Below are positions 46,001-64,000 of a stretch of 64,000 bases of DNA, one piece after another; positions within the stretch are counted from its first letter, which is position 1, and each line of letters opens with the position of its first letter. The notes under the pieces were generated by a model. The model was not told the origin of the DNA and ran no database searches. It saw only the letters and a list, made by a program, of their open reading frames with translations. The position numbers were made by a program, and so were the translations under genes. The stretch is taken from the NCBI RefSeq assembly GCF_009914755.1, contig NC_060927.1. One strand, written 5' to 3'. The stretch is from the human T2T-CHM13v2.0 reference genome, Homo sapiens.

Positions 46001-46126
46001 GAGCAATTATGTTTGCCTCTCCACATTTTAGAAGAGAAAGGTTTGAGCCAGGTTGCAGTGACGGTCCAGGCTCTCCTGGAACTTGCCCCACCCAAGCAAC
46101 AGCAGCACCAGTTATCTGCTGTTTGA
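46001..46126 (+). CDS. LRCH3: LRCH3 alternative last exon B (EQLCLPLHILEEKGLSQVAVTVQALLELAPPKQQQHQLSAV*)
   Basis: Strong T-rich tract + tttcag acceptor at 46000; in frame; completes the CH domain; stop TGA. Confidence 0.92.
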   Translation, partial: EQLCLPLHILEEKGLSQVAVTVQALLELAPPKQQQHQLSAV

Positions 46127-46524
46127 GGATCCCCAGGACGGTGGGCACTGGCCTGGCCAAAACAAGGAACAGGACACCGTGATTGCTGCTGCCAGCTATC
46201 TGCTTAAACAAAGCTCTTGTGTGTTCTCAGAAGGGACCGTTCCCATGATTCCTAACAGGAATATTTTGCTTCATTTCTCCATTTTAGGGGAGGTTATTTC
46301 CATTTCCATTGAATTTTTTTACGAAGACACCATTGGTTTTCTCAGATGAAACTTCTCTTACTGAAAACCCAGCACCTAACTTGGCTGTGTTTTCCTGGAG
46401 AGCAGGCGTGTTTCACGTGCCAGAAAGCACATCTTCTGTGTTAGGCACAAGCATGCTGTGCCATTGTTTTTACCTGGTCTCAAGACAACTGGTCTGCTGG
46501 TTTCTAAACTTGGTTGTTCATTAG

Positions 46525-49362
<2,838 letters not shown>

Positions 49363-49767
49363 CTAATTTTCCCATAGGGATAAATGGAAATTTCAACTTA
49401 TTTCAAATTTTGCACATATTATGAAACCTTATTAATGTATTTTTATCAAACTAAATCAGATTTGTATTTGAATTGTTAGGAAAAACCATGTGCAGTTTTG
49501 GCTGATAATTGAAGGAAAAATATCAAATGCTTTGAATTTTTTTTCTCTTTTTTCAAACCCTCTGCAGAGGTAGGAAGGTATGAATTTCTTTTTTATGTCA
49601 AGATGCAAAAACAAATCATGATGCTTTTGTTGGGAGAATTTTTGTATTCAGTATTTTGTATGTACCTTTTTTTTTTTAAATTGGAAAGCACAATTCGGTT
49701 TAACATTTAGCTTTGCTTGACTCCAGTGTAAGATGAAGATGACCTTGTCACAGCTCCCCTGACCTGA

Positions 49768-50317
49768 AGCAGAGCCCTTCCCATCACTGACAGTGTTGGG
49801 GGTTGAGAGCCCCCCAGCAGAGCCCTTCCCATCACTGACAGTGTGTCGGCAGCTGAGAGCTCCCCCAGCAGAGCCCTTCCCATCACTGAACAGTGTTGGC
49901 GGCTGAGAGCCCCCCAGCAGAGCCCTTCCCATCACTGACAGTGTTGGGGGCTGAGAGCCCCCCAGCAGAGCCCTTCCCATCACTGAACAGTGTTGGCGGC
50001 TGAGAGCCCCCCAGCAGAGCCCTTCCCATCACTGACAGTGTTGGGGGCTGAGAGCCCCCCTAGCAGAGCCCTTCCCATCACTGACAGTGTCTGGGGCTGA
50101 GAGCCCCCCCTAGCAGAGCCCTTCCCATCACTGACAGTGTTGGGGGCTGAGAGCCCCCCAGCAGAGCCCTTCCCATCACTGACAGTGTCTGGGGCTGAGA
50201 GCCCCCCAGCAGAGCCCTTCCCATCACTGACAGTGTCTGGGGCTGAGAGCCCCCCCTAGCAGAGCCCTTCCCATCACTGACAGTGTCGGGTTGAGAGCCA
50301 CCCCCAGCAGAGCCCTT
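49768..50317. repeat. Minisatellite, 48-50 bp unit x about 11 (agcagagcccttcccatcactgacagtgttgggggctgagagcccccc), in the LRCH3 3'UTR
   Basis: Direct tandem copies. Confidence 0.95.
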
Positions 50318-50860
50318 GCCACGTACAGAGATTTTCTGTCAGCAGTTTCCCAGTATTTCAGACTCATAATCTGTGTTTAGCACTCCAGTGTTCTCTTGTA
50401 ATAGCCAGGTCTGGAAACGACCCATGGAAAGAGGGGCCTTTGTATTCTGCTAGAACACAGAGCATAGTAGTAGATCACTTTTCTGAAGAGCTTTTTAAAA
50501 TACAGCTAATCAAGGAGTTTGCGATTTCTCTTACTTTCTACAGCTCAGCAGTGACTAATGATGTGTGACTATGCGAATGAGTTTGATGAATTCGTAAAAA
50601 CTAAGCGCTTAAATGGTTATAGAAATGAAAACATGGATATTTAGAAGCCTTTCTATATACACAGTGCAGTTGAGATGGTTTACAGCAAATTTCGTTTTAT
50701 TTCTGAAAATGTTGTAAACATGTAATTAGTGAAAGATTTTGTAAAACATTGTCCTGTATTTTTGTCTGTAAATATATTGCATAAGTTCTAAGTATAAATA
50801 TGTCAGTATCATGTATGTTATTTTAAATTGCCTGTACGCCACTTTACACATTGACATTCA

Positions 50861-50894
50861 AATAAAAGCCAACACTTCAGTGGCGTGTAATAAA
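50861..50894 (+). terminator. LRCH3: Tandem AATAAA poly(A) signals ending the long LRCH3 3'UTR
   Basis: AATAAA at 50861-50866 and 50889-50894 after a TGTA-rich AU-rich stretch; GT-rich sequence downstream. Confidence 0.7.
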
Positions 50895-51558
50895 AGCTGA
50901 TTGGAGCGTGTTCATACCTGAGGTGTGGTTCCCTTGGCAAAGGTGAATCAAGGAAAGAGCATCTCATTTCCAGAGGGAATGTCAGTGGAAATGGGGGCTT
51001 CGGGACAAACTTTTGAGATCAAATTCATTTTTTAAGGAAGTACAGATATCAAGACTGAGCTTTATTTGGAGTTAGATAGAAGGCTTAATTCATGAAATGT
51101 ATGTGACACATTAGGACAACTTTGCTCTTGGAAACCTTTAGCATCCCAAGGCATTGTTTTGACTCATCAAGGCAAGCATGATCTGGTGGGTGCATTTTTT
51201 TTCTAGGAGAAGAGGGAGAGTGACAGCTTTCCTATTTGCCAGGCACAAGTTAGATATTTTCACACACCTGATTTCTTTTCATCTTAACACTCCATAAAGT
51301 GGGGATTGGTGGCTCTAGTGTTTCACTTGTCAAAAATATCTCCAAACTAGCCTTCCAGAGAACCTGTGTCCCCATCTTTATAGTTTGTAAAGTTGTATAT
51401 CCTAACATCCTATTTCTAGCTTGTATTTATAATTTGTATCCCTGTTTCCTAGAAAAGTTGCTGAAGCAGCTTACAACTGGATATGTATTCCATGCCATTT
51501 TCACCTGAATAAAAACACCAAAGTGACGATAAATCTAAAAGGCAGGCAGGAACCAACA

Positions 51559-51564
51559 TTTATT
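51559..51564 (-). terminator. IQCG: IQCG poly(A) signal (AATAAA on - strand)
   Basis: TTTATT on + strand, about 480 nt past the IQCG stop codon. Confidence 0.6.
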
Positions 51565-52038
51565 AAAACTTTGCTGTGTATATATTATGCTGGACAGCTA
51601 ATAACATCATATTGTAATTCCTACTGAATACTTTTGCTCATAAGAGTTTTTTCACTACAGACAAATTGGGTAAAATCAAAATCTGACATTACAGGAATTA
51701 CTCAAGTTTCAATGCGTCACTGTAGCTAAGCCAGTGAACTCCTTTGTTCTGCTGAGAAAGAGCAAGAAGAATGAATCTTCACAGGACTACTAGAAACTTC
51801 TTCCCAGCAAGGTATGAGGAAGCCCTAAGTCAATGGTGTAATCCTAAATCAGGGTTTGAAAACCCACCTAACAGGCAGAGTGAAATTAACAGGCAAAGTG
51901 AAATCAGGCTTCCCTGGGAAAGTCTCAATAGGAAACAACCTGTAGATGAGTCATCTTTGAGGTACCAGGTGTTTCTTAACTCTCTCCAAGTCCTTCCCAC
52001 CTCCAGAATACCAGCAGAAAACACAAAAGAGAACTTGG

Positions 52039-52173
52039 TCACTTCTTCTTGCCTCTCCTCTTATCCTTGCCTTTACCTTTGCCTTTTGAATCCTTGCTAT
52101 CAACTTTGTCTTTAGGCATCTTGAAACCACCAATTTCTCTCCGTATCATAGTGCCTCGCCACCAGGCCTGGAG
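52039..52173 (-). CDS. IQCG: IQCG last coding exon ([44 protein letters not shown]), IQ motif and basic tail
   Basis: cttttctcttccag acceptor on - strand; IQ motif LQxxWRGxxxR; Lys-rich C-terminus; 135 nt including stop. Confidence 0.93.
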   Translation of the reverse strand, partial: LQAWWRGTMIRREIGGFKMPKDKVDSKDSKGKGKGKDKRRGKKK

Positions 52174-52590
52174 CTGGAAGAGAAAAGGGGAGTGAGTACG
52201 ACGTATGCTATGCCTGACAAGCTGCATTCTTTCCACATAAAGGGACTGTTGAATAAAGTAACTTCTGTCTGACAAACAGTCTCTCTCCAGGACATGGAAG
52301 TAGCCAGGCACGTAATCACTTCAGCGATGCTCTCCTGTCGTGCAGGACCCGGAGCTTAAGCCATGGACTCAAGAGTGAAGTTCTCAAGTAAAAATAAAGA
52401 AAAGGAATCTGATTTGACCTATTTTTTCTTCACCCGTAGAAATCTGACTTCCTTATACTGCTTTCCTTGAGGAAAGTCCAGGTTCCCCATACTTAACAGC
52501 TATTTGAACCAAAAAGAATGTTAGTTACCTGGGCCAAGGGCAAAAGCACTCGGCCAAAAATGCACAGATAATGCCAGGTGCGGTGGCTCA

Positions 52591-52934
<344 letters not shown>

Positions 52935-53904
52935 TTAGTGATTGCTTAAAAGATCAGTTGTCCTAGTACTTTTAAAAAAGATTTAGTTAGCTTTCTTGAA
53001 TATCTTGGTTTTAGATAACAGTTGTTCTCAATACGGTCTCTACTGCTTTAAAGTCAGACTAAACCCTAAAGACTGGAAGCAAATCCACTAGTGAAAAGAA
53101 AGCAAACGTGCTCTTCAGCTCGTTCTTAACATGTTTGTTGTAAATTCAGGAATACTGACAAGTTTTATGGGGAAACACCATTGAAACTTGATAAATACTT
53201 GCTACTTACACATCTGACTCCTTATGGGAAGCCCAACTTTGGGTCTGGATACCTGGTCCAGAATGTGGTATAAAACTTAACTATTTTAGATCACCCTAAT
53301 ATACAACCCAAACTACAGTGTACCCACTAGGGCCTCGACCTTCAGAGAGAAGGGCCAGCTCCAGACAGGTGCCGTCCAGCTTTCAGTTTTTGCTTGCGAG
53401 TATTTCACGTGATCTGTGACCTGCCAGTTTCATCATCACTGAGACACACAAGTTCACATAAAACTAAAATATCTCTATTTTTTTCTAACTTGCTGCTTAT
53501 CCTTCCCACCTAAGCAGCTTGTATCAGAACCCAGCAGATAGTCTGGGCTGATGTATAAGCAGGATTTTAAGAAGTAGAAGGATATTAAAAAGAATCATTC
53601 TGTCAAGAGCTGGTTTTGGTTAGACATAGTAATCTGATATTTCGTCTCTTGGCCTAGGTTTTGCTTCCGCTGCTAACCACCTCTTTTTCCCCAGATGAAG
53701 AGCTGGGGGCACGTCCTTTTCTATGTTAACTGTCTCCCTGCACCATGGACTGTTGGCAAATTCTAATAATAACAAAAGTCCATGCTTCTTCTCAGATCTG
53801 CAGTTCCTTGATATACTGAGATGTGTTTGATAATGAATTGGAAATGCTTTTGTGTTCCTCAGTGTTAAGCCAGCTGTGGCGAGATACTGATTATGGTTCT
53901 TTAC

Positions 53905-54006
53905 CTTTATAACGCTCTTTAATTCCAAGAGATCCTGTTTTACCTTCTTCTTGCTCCTCTCCTTTTCTATACGATCTTCAATGATGACCTGTTCATACTC
54001 TCTTAT
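53905..54006 (-). CDS. IQCG: IQCG penultimate coding exon (IREYEQVIIEDRIEKERSKKKVKQDLLELKSVIK)
   Basis: ttgcag acceptor and AAG|gtaaag donor on - strand; 102 nt, phase 0-0. Confidence 0.92.
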
Positions 54007-54948
54007 CTGCAAAGATAGACATTCATCATTTATTATAGTACTCTCTTGGCTAAGCTGTAGCCCAGCCAGCCCTGCACTTTTAATATAAAATTTCAAAATA
54101 AAACATGCTCAATCTAAAGATAAACCAAAGAAAAAAATGTAATAGATTCCTAGATGGTAAATATTCACATATTAACTTTATAATTGTTCCCAAAACTTTT
54201 TCAGTTTTAATAATTCAAATTTAAATTCTATCTTTTATAAAAAATGAAATATGAATTAATGTGTGATCAATGATCTCAAAATAATATGGATTGTTTTTTA
54301 AACTTTGGGAGAATGTACATACACAAGTAGTCAGCTGTCTTTTTTGTTTGTTTGTTTGTTTTGAGACAGAGTCTCACTCTGTCTGTCACCCAGGCTGGAG
54401 TGCAGTGGCGCAGTGTTGGCTCACTGCAACCTCCGCCTTCTGGGTTCAAGTGATTCTTGTGCCTCAGCCTCCTGAATAGCTGGAATTACAGCCACGTGCC
54501 ACCATGCATGGCTAATTTTTGTATTTTTAGTAGAGATAGGGTTTTGCCATGTTACCCAGGCTGGTCTCAAACTCCTGATCTCTACTGATCTGCTCGCCTC
54601 GGCCTCCCAAAGTGCTGGGATTATAGGCGTTAGCCACCATGCCCAGCAGTAGCTGACTTTTGAAAGAAATTTAGGAAGTTCTGCATTTATTCCATAATGA
54701 AACCATAATCACAAGCTTGTTAGAAATCATCACTGACTCTCTCCAGAGGTCATAAACTAAGAATAATCACAGTATCTGTCTCAAGGGGCTGTGTGGGTAG
54801 CACCTTGGACAGAGTAGGCACTACGTAAGTTAGCTACTGCAGCTGTCCCCGTCAGCAGCAGCAGCATCTAAAAAGAATCCTGGTGGCTTATAAGCGCACC
54901 TCTACTTTTGACCCCAAATAGCAATACCCAGCTACTGTGGCCTATTTG

Positions 54949-55082
54949 CCACTCCTTCCTCGGTGAGCACCCTGATTCCTTCCACTCCCTCCTCAGTGAG
55001 TGCCCTAATTCCTTCCACTCCCTCCTCAGTGAGCACCCTAATTCCTTTCACTCTGTCCTCAGTGAGCGCCCTAATTCCTTCC
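54949..55082. repeat. 33-bp x4 tandem repeat abutting an IQCG splice donor
   Basis: ccactccctcctcagtgagcaccctaattcctt units. Confidence 0.88.
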
Positions 55083-55086
55083 TTAC

Positions 55087-55218
55087 CATCTTTGCCAGGT
55101 CTTGAAGGTGTGCTAAGTCACTGGCCTTTGTGGCTTTGAGAGCATTTAGTTCATTCTGTTTCATTTCTGTGTCCTTATCGTATTTCTCCATCCAGAACTC
55201 CAGCCTCTCCTCAAGTTT
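55087..55218 (-). CDS. IQCG: IQCG coding exon ([44 protein letters not shown]), coiled coil
   Basis: ccaaatag acceptor and ATG|gtaagg donor on - strand; 132 nt, phase 0-0, in frame with the next exon. Confidence 0.92.
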
Positions 55219-55655
55219 CTATTTGGAAAGAACATGAAAACATGGCATTCAGCAGACACAAAACGCTGTATACTGTATGATTCCACTTATACGAGTTTCA
55301 AGATTAAGCAGAACATTCCATAGTGAGAGAAGGCAGAACAGTAGTTACTTACCTGGGTGGAGAGTTGGATTTCTGATTGGGAATGGGGGTGAGGGGGACT
55401 TTGGGATGCTGTAAATGTTCTCTGTATCTTTATCCAGGTGGTGGTTACATGAATGTGTATACATAACTGTTCATCAAACTATACACTAAGTACTTACACA
55501 TTTTACTTGTATGTTAGTGAATTTTAAAATAGGGGGCCAGGCGCGGTGGCTCACGCCTGTAATCCCAGCACTTTGGGAGGCTGAAGTGGGCGGATCACCT
55601 GTGGTCAGGAGTTCGAGACCAGTCTGACCAACGTGGAGAAGCCCCGTCTCTACTA

Positions 55656-55814
<159 letters not shown>

Positions 55815-56083
55815 TCAAAAAAAAAAAAAAAAAAAAAAATAGGGGGAGGAGGGTAATCTAGATGTCTGGATAAGGGAAGTTGCAATGAAGAGGAAACAAA
55901 AGGTATGTAGAAAAGTCTGAAGGATAAGGAATAGCATCGGATCTCTCTTTGATTGACAGCACTAAATCCTAGTCAAGAAGGATACAATGTATTCAAAATT
56001 CTAAAAGAAAATGAATGTAGGGCCGGGCGCAGTGGCTCACGTCTGGAATCCCAGCACTTTGGGAGGCCGAGGTGGGCAGATCA

Positions 56084-56398
<315 letters not shown>

Positions 56399-56965
56399 CT
56401 ATACTCAATATTTCTGAGAGAGTTATTCAAGGATGTACTACTGTAGCAAAATAAAATGAAAGAGATATATTAAGAAATGGAAGAGAACCAGTAAAACATG
56501 TATTTAAGCTATGTGATAGTTTTTAATCATAAATCATAATTCAGAATTAAAATCCCAAAGTAGGCAGGATAGTCTAGTTGAAAGAGCACAACTCTGGCAC
56601 TGAAAGAAAGTTTACTTAAATTCTCTAAGCTTCTGGTTCCCTCATATATAAAATTCTATACCTAGCCAATAATACAGTATTACTATTACAGTCATAGTAC
56701 AAACCTCAGAGGGTTGTTGTGATGCTGAAATAATCCTTGTGAAGTCCACCCACAATGCGCATATATATACATAATATCTGCATATATATTATCACTATAT
56801 ATATTTACATATAAAGTGAATGACTTCAACATGGGATGAAGAGCGAGAGAAGAGGTAAGTGAAGTCTCTTTGCCTTAATAAAGGCAAAAGAAGGTATAAA
56901 CATTGACTAACTCTCGACAGAGAAATTCTAAAAGTATAAAAATATATGTTAACATTTTAAGAGTT

Positions 56966-57070
56966 GTGCTCACTTCAGTAACATATATACCAAAATTGGA
57001 ACAATACAGAGATGATTAGCATGGCTCCTGCGCAAGAGTGACACACAGATTCGTGAAGCATTCCATATTT
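56966..57070 (+). pseudogene. U6 snRNA pseudogene (full length, diverged)
   Basis: GTGCTCACTTCAGTAACATATATAC...TACAGAGATGATTAGCATGGC...TTCGTGAAGCATTCCATATTT matches U6 end to end with multiple, often CpG, substitutions; A-rich tract and degenerate TSD nearby. Confidence 0.92.
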
Positions 57071-57689
57071 GTGTACTTTCTAGAAACAAAAAATTTAAAG
57101 GTTACCCCTAAAAGAACAGAAATGTGTAACTTTCAGACTCGGGGACGATGCACCTCAAGAGTGAAACATTGAGAAGTTCCTTAGGTGGCACATAGCATAG
57201 AATTTTTTAAAAACATGGCTATAGTCAATCATTGCGATTACACTGAGCGGGGTGGCTTGTGCCTGTAATCCCAGCAGTTTGGAAGGCAGAGGTGGGAGGA
57301 CTGCTTGAGGCCAGGAGTTTGAGGCCACCCTGAGCAACATAGTGAGACCCCATCTCTACAAAAATGTTTTTAATTAGCCAGGTGTGGTGGCGCCTGTGGT
57401 CCCAGCTACTCAGAGCCGAGGCAGGGTGATTACTTCAGCCCAGGATTTGAGGGTGCAGTGAGCTATGATTACGCCACTGCACTCCAGCCTGGGCAATGGA
57501 ATGAAACCCAGTCTCTTAAAAAAAAAAATCTGATTATGTTAGAACAACATGTCAGTTTGGTGCTGTCACATCTCTTACATCTTCTCTTTCTTCCTCTTGT
57601 TAACACTTAAAAACAAAAACAAACAAACAAAAAAAACAAAGAGGGAACAGGCTCCAGACAGGCAAAAAGGTCTGGCTACAAGGTAATAA

Positions 57690-58085
<396 letters not shown>

Positions 58086-58168
58086 TAAAAATCTTAATTT
58101 AAAATGAATTGATTTATCTGTTTAGGTGAGTATTTAGGTAGAAAATATTGACCGGGTGCCGTGGCTCA

Positions 58169-58812
<644 letters not shown>

Positions 58813-59001
58813 TTAATAAGTAACAGGTGGTATACAGATATTACAAAACTATGAGAATGGCATGCAAATAACTAGAGTTTGGCAAAAAATTGAACAACAA
58901 AAATTCTATCAATCCAAGAAAAGAAGGAAACAAAATAAAGTATATAAATTAATTACAAACAAATGAAAAATCACAATAAAAGTAAGCTGGGGTAAATCCT
59001 T

Positions 59002-59314
59002 TTGTCTTAGTCCATTCCAGCTGCTATAACAGAATGCCAGAGACTGGGCGGCTCATAAACAAATTGATTTGTCACAGTTCTGGAGGCTGGGAAGTCCCAA
59101 ATGAAGGCACTGGCAAATCCCGTGTCTGGTGAGTGCCTGCTTCCTAGACTGCCATCTCTGTGCTGTAACTTCACTTGGCGGAATGGGAAAGGGATTTCTC
59201 TGAGGTCTCTTTTTTAAGGGCACTAATCTTATTCATTAGAGTTTCACCCTCTATCACCTTGGGAATTTGGATTTCAACATATGGATTTGGGTGATGTAAA
59301 AATTGAGCCCACTG
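59002..59314 (-). mobile_element. MLT1A/MST-type MaLR LTR (degraded)
   Basis: tgtcttagtccattccagctgctataaca...cacagttctggaggctgggaagtcc...atttcaacatatggatttgg. Confidence 0.65.
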
Positions 59315-60986
59315 TACTACCCTCTGAAAGAAAAACTTCTTTCCCCTTCAAAAAAAATCCAGCTATGAACTACTTAGAGAACTACATGCCCTTGACATGT
59401 GGGGATTATTGCAATTCAAGGTGAGATTTGGGTGGGGACACTGAACCGAACCATGTCAGATGGTGTTTTTGTAAAGATCAATAAAATGGTCAAACCTTTA
59501 ATAAGTTTCAGTAAGAAAAAAGGAAAGAAGACACATCTTTTTAAAAAGTTAATGAAAAATATTTCATTACTACAGAAATAAAGGACTTTTTAAAATTGTA
59601 AAAAAAAAACTATACAGTATAGCTTTATGCTAATAAATTTGAAATCAGTGTTTAGATGAAATGGATTATCTTCTAGGAAGACGTAAGTTACAAAAAAGAC
59701 TCAAAAAGAGATAAAACAACCAGAGCAAAAGGAAAGCAGGTTTGACAATTAATATCTGGCAAAATATAAATCAATCAAGCCAAATATAATTAAGAGAGAC
59801 AAGGGATATTTTATACTAATAAAAGACAAATTCTAGATATTACAATTATGAACCGCTATATTCTTTTTTTGGTTCTGTTTATTTATATTTGCCTCAGGCC
59901 CAAGATAGCTGCTGATGGAACTTTTATGTTGTAATAACATATTTTAGAATATATATAAAGCAAACATTATTAGAAATAATTTCTGTACAAGATATTAACA
60001 GATCCACAATCATCTTAGGAAACTATCACACATCTCTGAAATTAATAGGTCAGGTAAGCCAAAATAAGTAACAAAATGAAAAATCTGACAGCTAGACTAA
60101 TAGACATTTATAAAATATTGTCTGTAACAGAGATTGCACACTGTTTCAAGCACCCATGGAATATTTACATAGTCTGACCATAACCATAAATCCGAATAAG
60201 AGCTTGACAAATTCCAACAAGCATAAACCTTTTTTTTTTTTTTTTTTTGAGACAGAGTCTCGCTCTGTCGCCCAGGCTGGAGTGCGGTGGCCCAATCTCT
60301 GCTCACTGAAGCTCCGCCTCCCGGGTTCATGCCATTCTCCTGCCTCAGCCTCCCGAGTAGCTGGGACTACAGGCACCCGCCACCACGCCCAGCTAATTTT
60401 TTTTTTTTTTTTTGTATTTTTAGTAGAGACGAGCTTTCACCATATTAGCCAGGATGGTCTCGATCTCCTGACCTCGTGATCCACCTGCCTCGGCCTCCCA
60501 AAGTGCTGGGATCACAGGCATGAGCCACTGTGCCCAGCCAAGCATAAATCTTACATTTCACATTCTGAGACCACAATGCAAGACAGTAAGAATAGAACCT
60601 CCAGTGACGGGGCTGTTGTGAGGAATAGGAAGCCTACGCTCTTCCCTCACCTCCTCCAAGTACCCAGACATTTAAGAAACACCCTTTTAAATAATTCTTG
60701 AGTTACAAAGGAAATAACAAATTATAAACTAAAAATCATTTGGAAAGGAATGACAATGTAAGCATTATATATCAGATCCTGTAAATTACAGCCAAATAGT
60801 ACTCAGAAAATATATTGGTTTACATGCATTTACTAGAAAATAAAAAAGTGAAAATAAATGAATTGAACATTTAGGAAACTAGACAGATTAGCAACATAAA
60901 CTCAAAGAAAGTGCAAGAAAATTACTCAAAACAAAAACCAGTGTGGTAGAGAAAAAGCAGATTTGCTCAAGAAAAGCAAAAGATGG

Positions 60987-61318
60987 TGTATTAGTCTGTT
61001 CTCATACTGCTGATAAAGGCATATCGGAGACTGGGTAATTTATAAAGGAAAGAGCTTTAACTGACTCACAGTTCAGCATGCCTGGAGAGGCCTCAGGAAA
61101 CTTACAATCATGGCAGGAGAGAGAACGAGTGCCGAGCGAAGGAGGAAGCCCCTTATAAAACCATCAGATCTTGTGAGAACTCACTCACTATCACGAGAAC
61201 AGCATGAGGGAAACCAACCCATGATTCAATGATCTCCACCTGGTCTCGCCCTTGACATGTGGGGATCATTACAATTCAAGGTGAGATTTGGGTGGGGACA
61301 CAGAACCAAACCATATCA
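60987..61318 (-). mobile_element. MST/THE1-type MaLR solo LTR
   Basis: tgtattagtctgttctcatactgct ... ccaaaccatatca; 5-bp TSD GATGG at 60982-60986 and 61319-61323. Confidence 0.88.
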
Positions 61319-62164
61319 GATGGTGTTTTTGTAAAGATCAATAAAATGGTCAAACCTTCAACAAGTTTCAGTAAGAAAAAAGGAAAGAAGGCACATCTTT
61401 TTAAAAAGTTAATGAAAATGATTTCATTACTACAGAAATAAAGGACTTTTTAAAATTGTAAAAAAAACTATAGGGCATAGCTTTATGCTAATAAATTTGA
61501 AATCAGTGTTTAGATGAAACAGATTATTTTCTAGGGAGACGTAAGTTACAAAAAAGACTCATAAAGAGATAAAAGATCAATAATCCTTTTTTTACAGTTG
61601 AAAAGGTAGCCAAATAGCTCCAATTAAATATAACCAGACAAAATTGTTTATGATTGAATTTTATCAAGCTTCAAGGAATAGATAATGTTTTCACTGAAGA
61701 AGGCATTAGCTAAAAAATAAAATCATAATAATAATCTGGTTTGTTTTCTGTTTTTATGTTTCAGAGCATAAAAAGATGGAAAGCTTCCAATTCACGCTGC
61801 CAAGCATAACTCTGACAGCAATTCAACAAAGCAGCACCAAAAAATACACCTACAGGTTAATCTCACTTGTGGAATATATAAACACAAAGTAAAAGTCTAG
61901 GCTGGCTGTGGCGGCAGGTACCTAGAATCCCAGCTCCTTGGAGGCTGAGGTGGGAGGATTGCTTGAGCCCAGGAGTTTAAGACCAGCCTGGGCAACACAG
62001 TGAGAACCCCTGTCTCAAAGAAAAATTTTAAAAATCCATGGTATTGATCTTGTGTTTACCCAAGAATGCCACAAGACAACACAAAATAAGGGAGAGATAA
62101 GATATCAAAAGGAAAAAAAGAAAAATGAAAATCAGTAGAAAGAAAATGCAGCAGAGGCTGTGCA

Positions 62165-64000
<1,836 letters not shown>

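Larger units (their letters stand above)
58830..61890 (+). mobile_element. Old degraded L1 (ORF2-region) fragments, interrupted by LTRs and an Alu
   Basis: A-rich L1-like sequence (e.g. gatgaaatggattatcttctaggaaga, aagcacccatggaatatttaca); no intact ORF. Confidence 0.6.

Noticed and set aside
49768-50317. CAGTGT loops preceded by C-N5, resembling iron-responsive elements
   Set aside because: The upper stem (ACTGA vs TGGGG/CTGGG) does not pair adequately, and CAGTG is instead complementary to the adjacent CACTG.
56966-57070. Functional U6 snRNA gene
   Set aside because: Many substitutions, no recognisable PSE/TATA upstream, no T4+ terminator; retroposition-like flanks.
59399-61441. Two near-identical 60-aa ORFs (MGII...LLQK) suggesting a duplicated small gene
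   Set aside because: GTG-started frames spanning an LTR/L1 junction within a local duplication.

Overview
Primate (most likely human) genomic DNA, recognisable as the subtelomeric 3q29 LRCH3/IQCG region. The + strand carries the 3' half of LRCH3. Eleven internal coding exons (1827-38343) splice in frame with canonical AG/GT ends into the calponin-homology (CH) domain. Two homologous alternative last exons follow: 42972-43175 ends in a transmembrane tail and 46001-46126 ends in a PDZ-type -SAV motif. A long 3'UTR runs to about 50.9 kb. The - strand carries the last three coding exons of IQCG, converging tail-to-tail with LRCH3. Introns contain a full-length RPL17 retrocopy with an intact ORF, a U6 snRNA pseudogene, about 50 Alus, MADE1/MER1/MER2/MER58 DNA transposons, MaLR LTRs, old L1 fragments and many minisatellites. 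Most ORFs in the supplied track are Alu or VNTR artefacts. I see no prokaryote-type system, and the arrays are not CRISPR. The most interesting signals are the multi-way C-terminal switch of LRCH3 (including a candidate extra last exon), templated-insertion/snap-back scars, structured repeats in the 3'UTR, and an AT-to-GC biased RPL17 retrocopy. Gene and repeat names come from recall, not database searches. Repeat boundaries are approximate.
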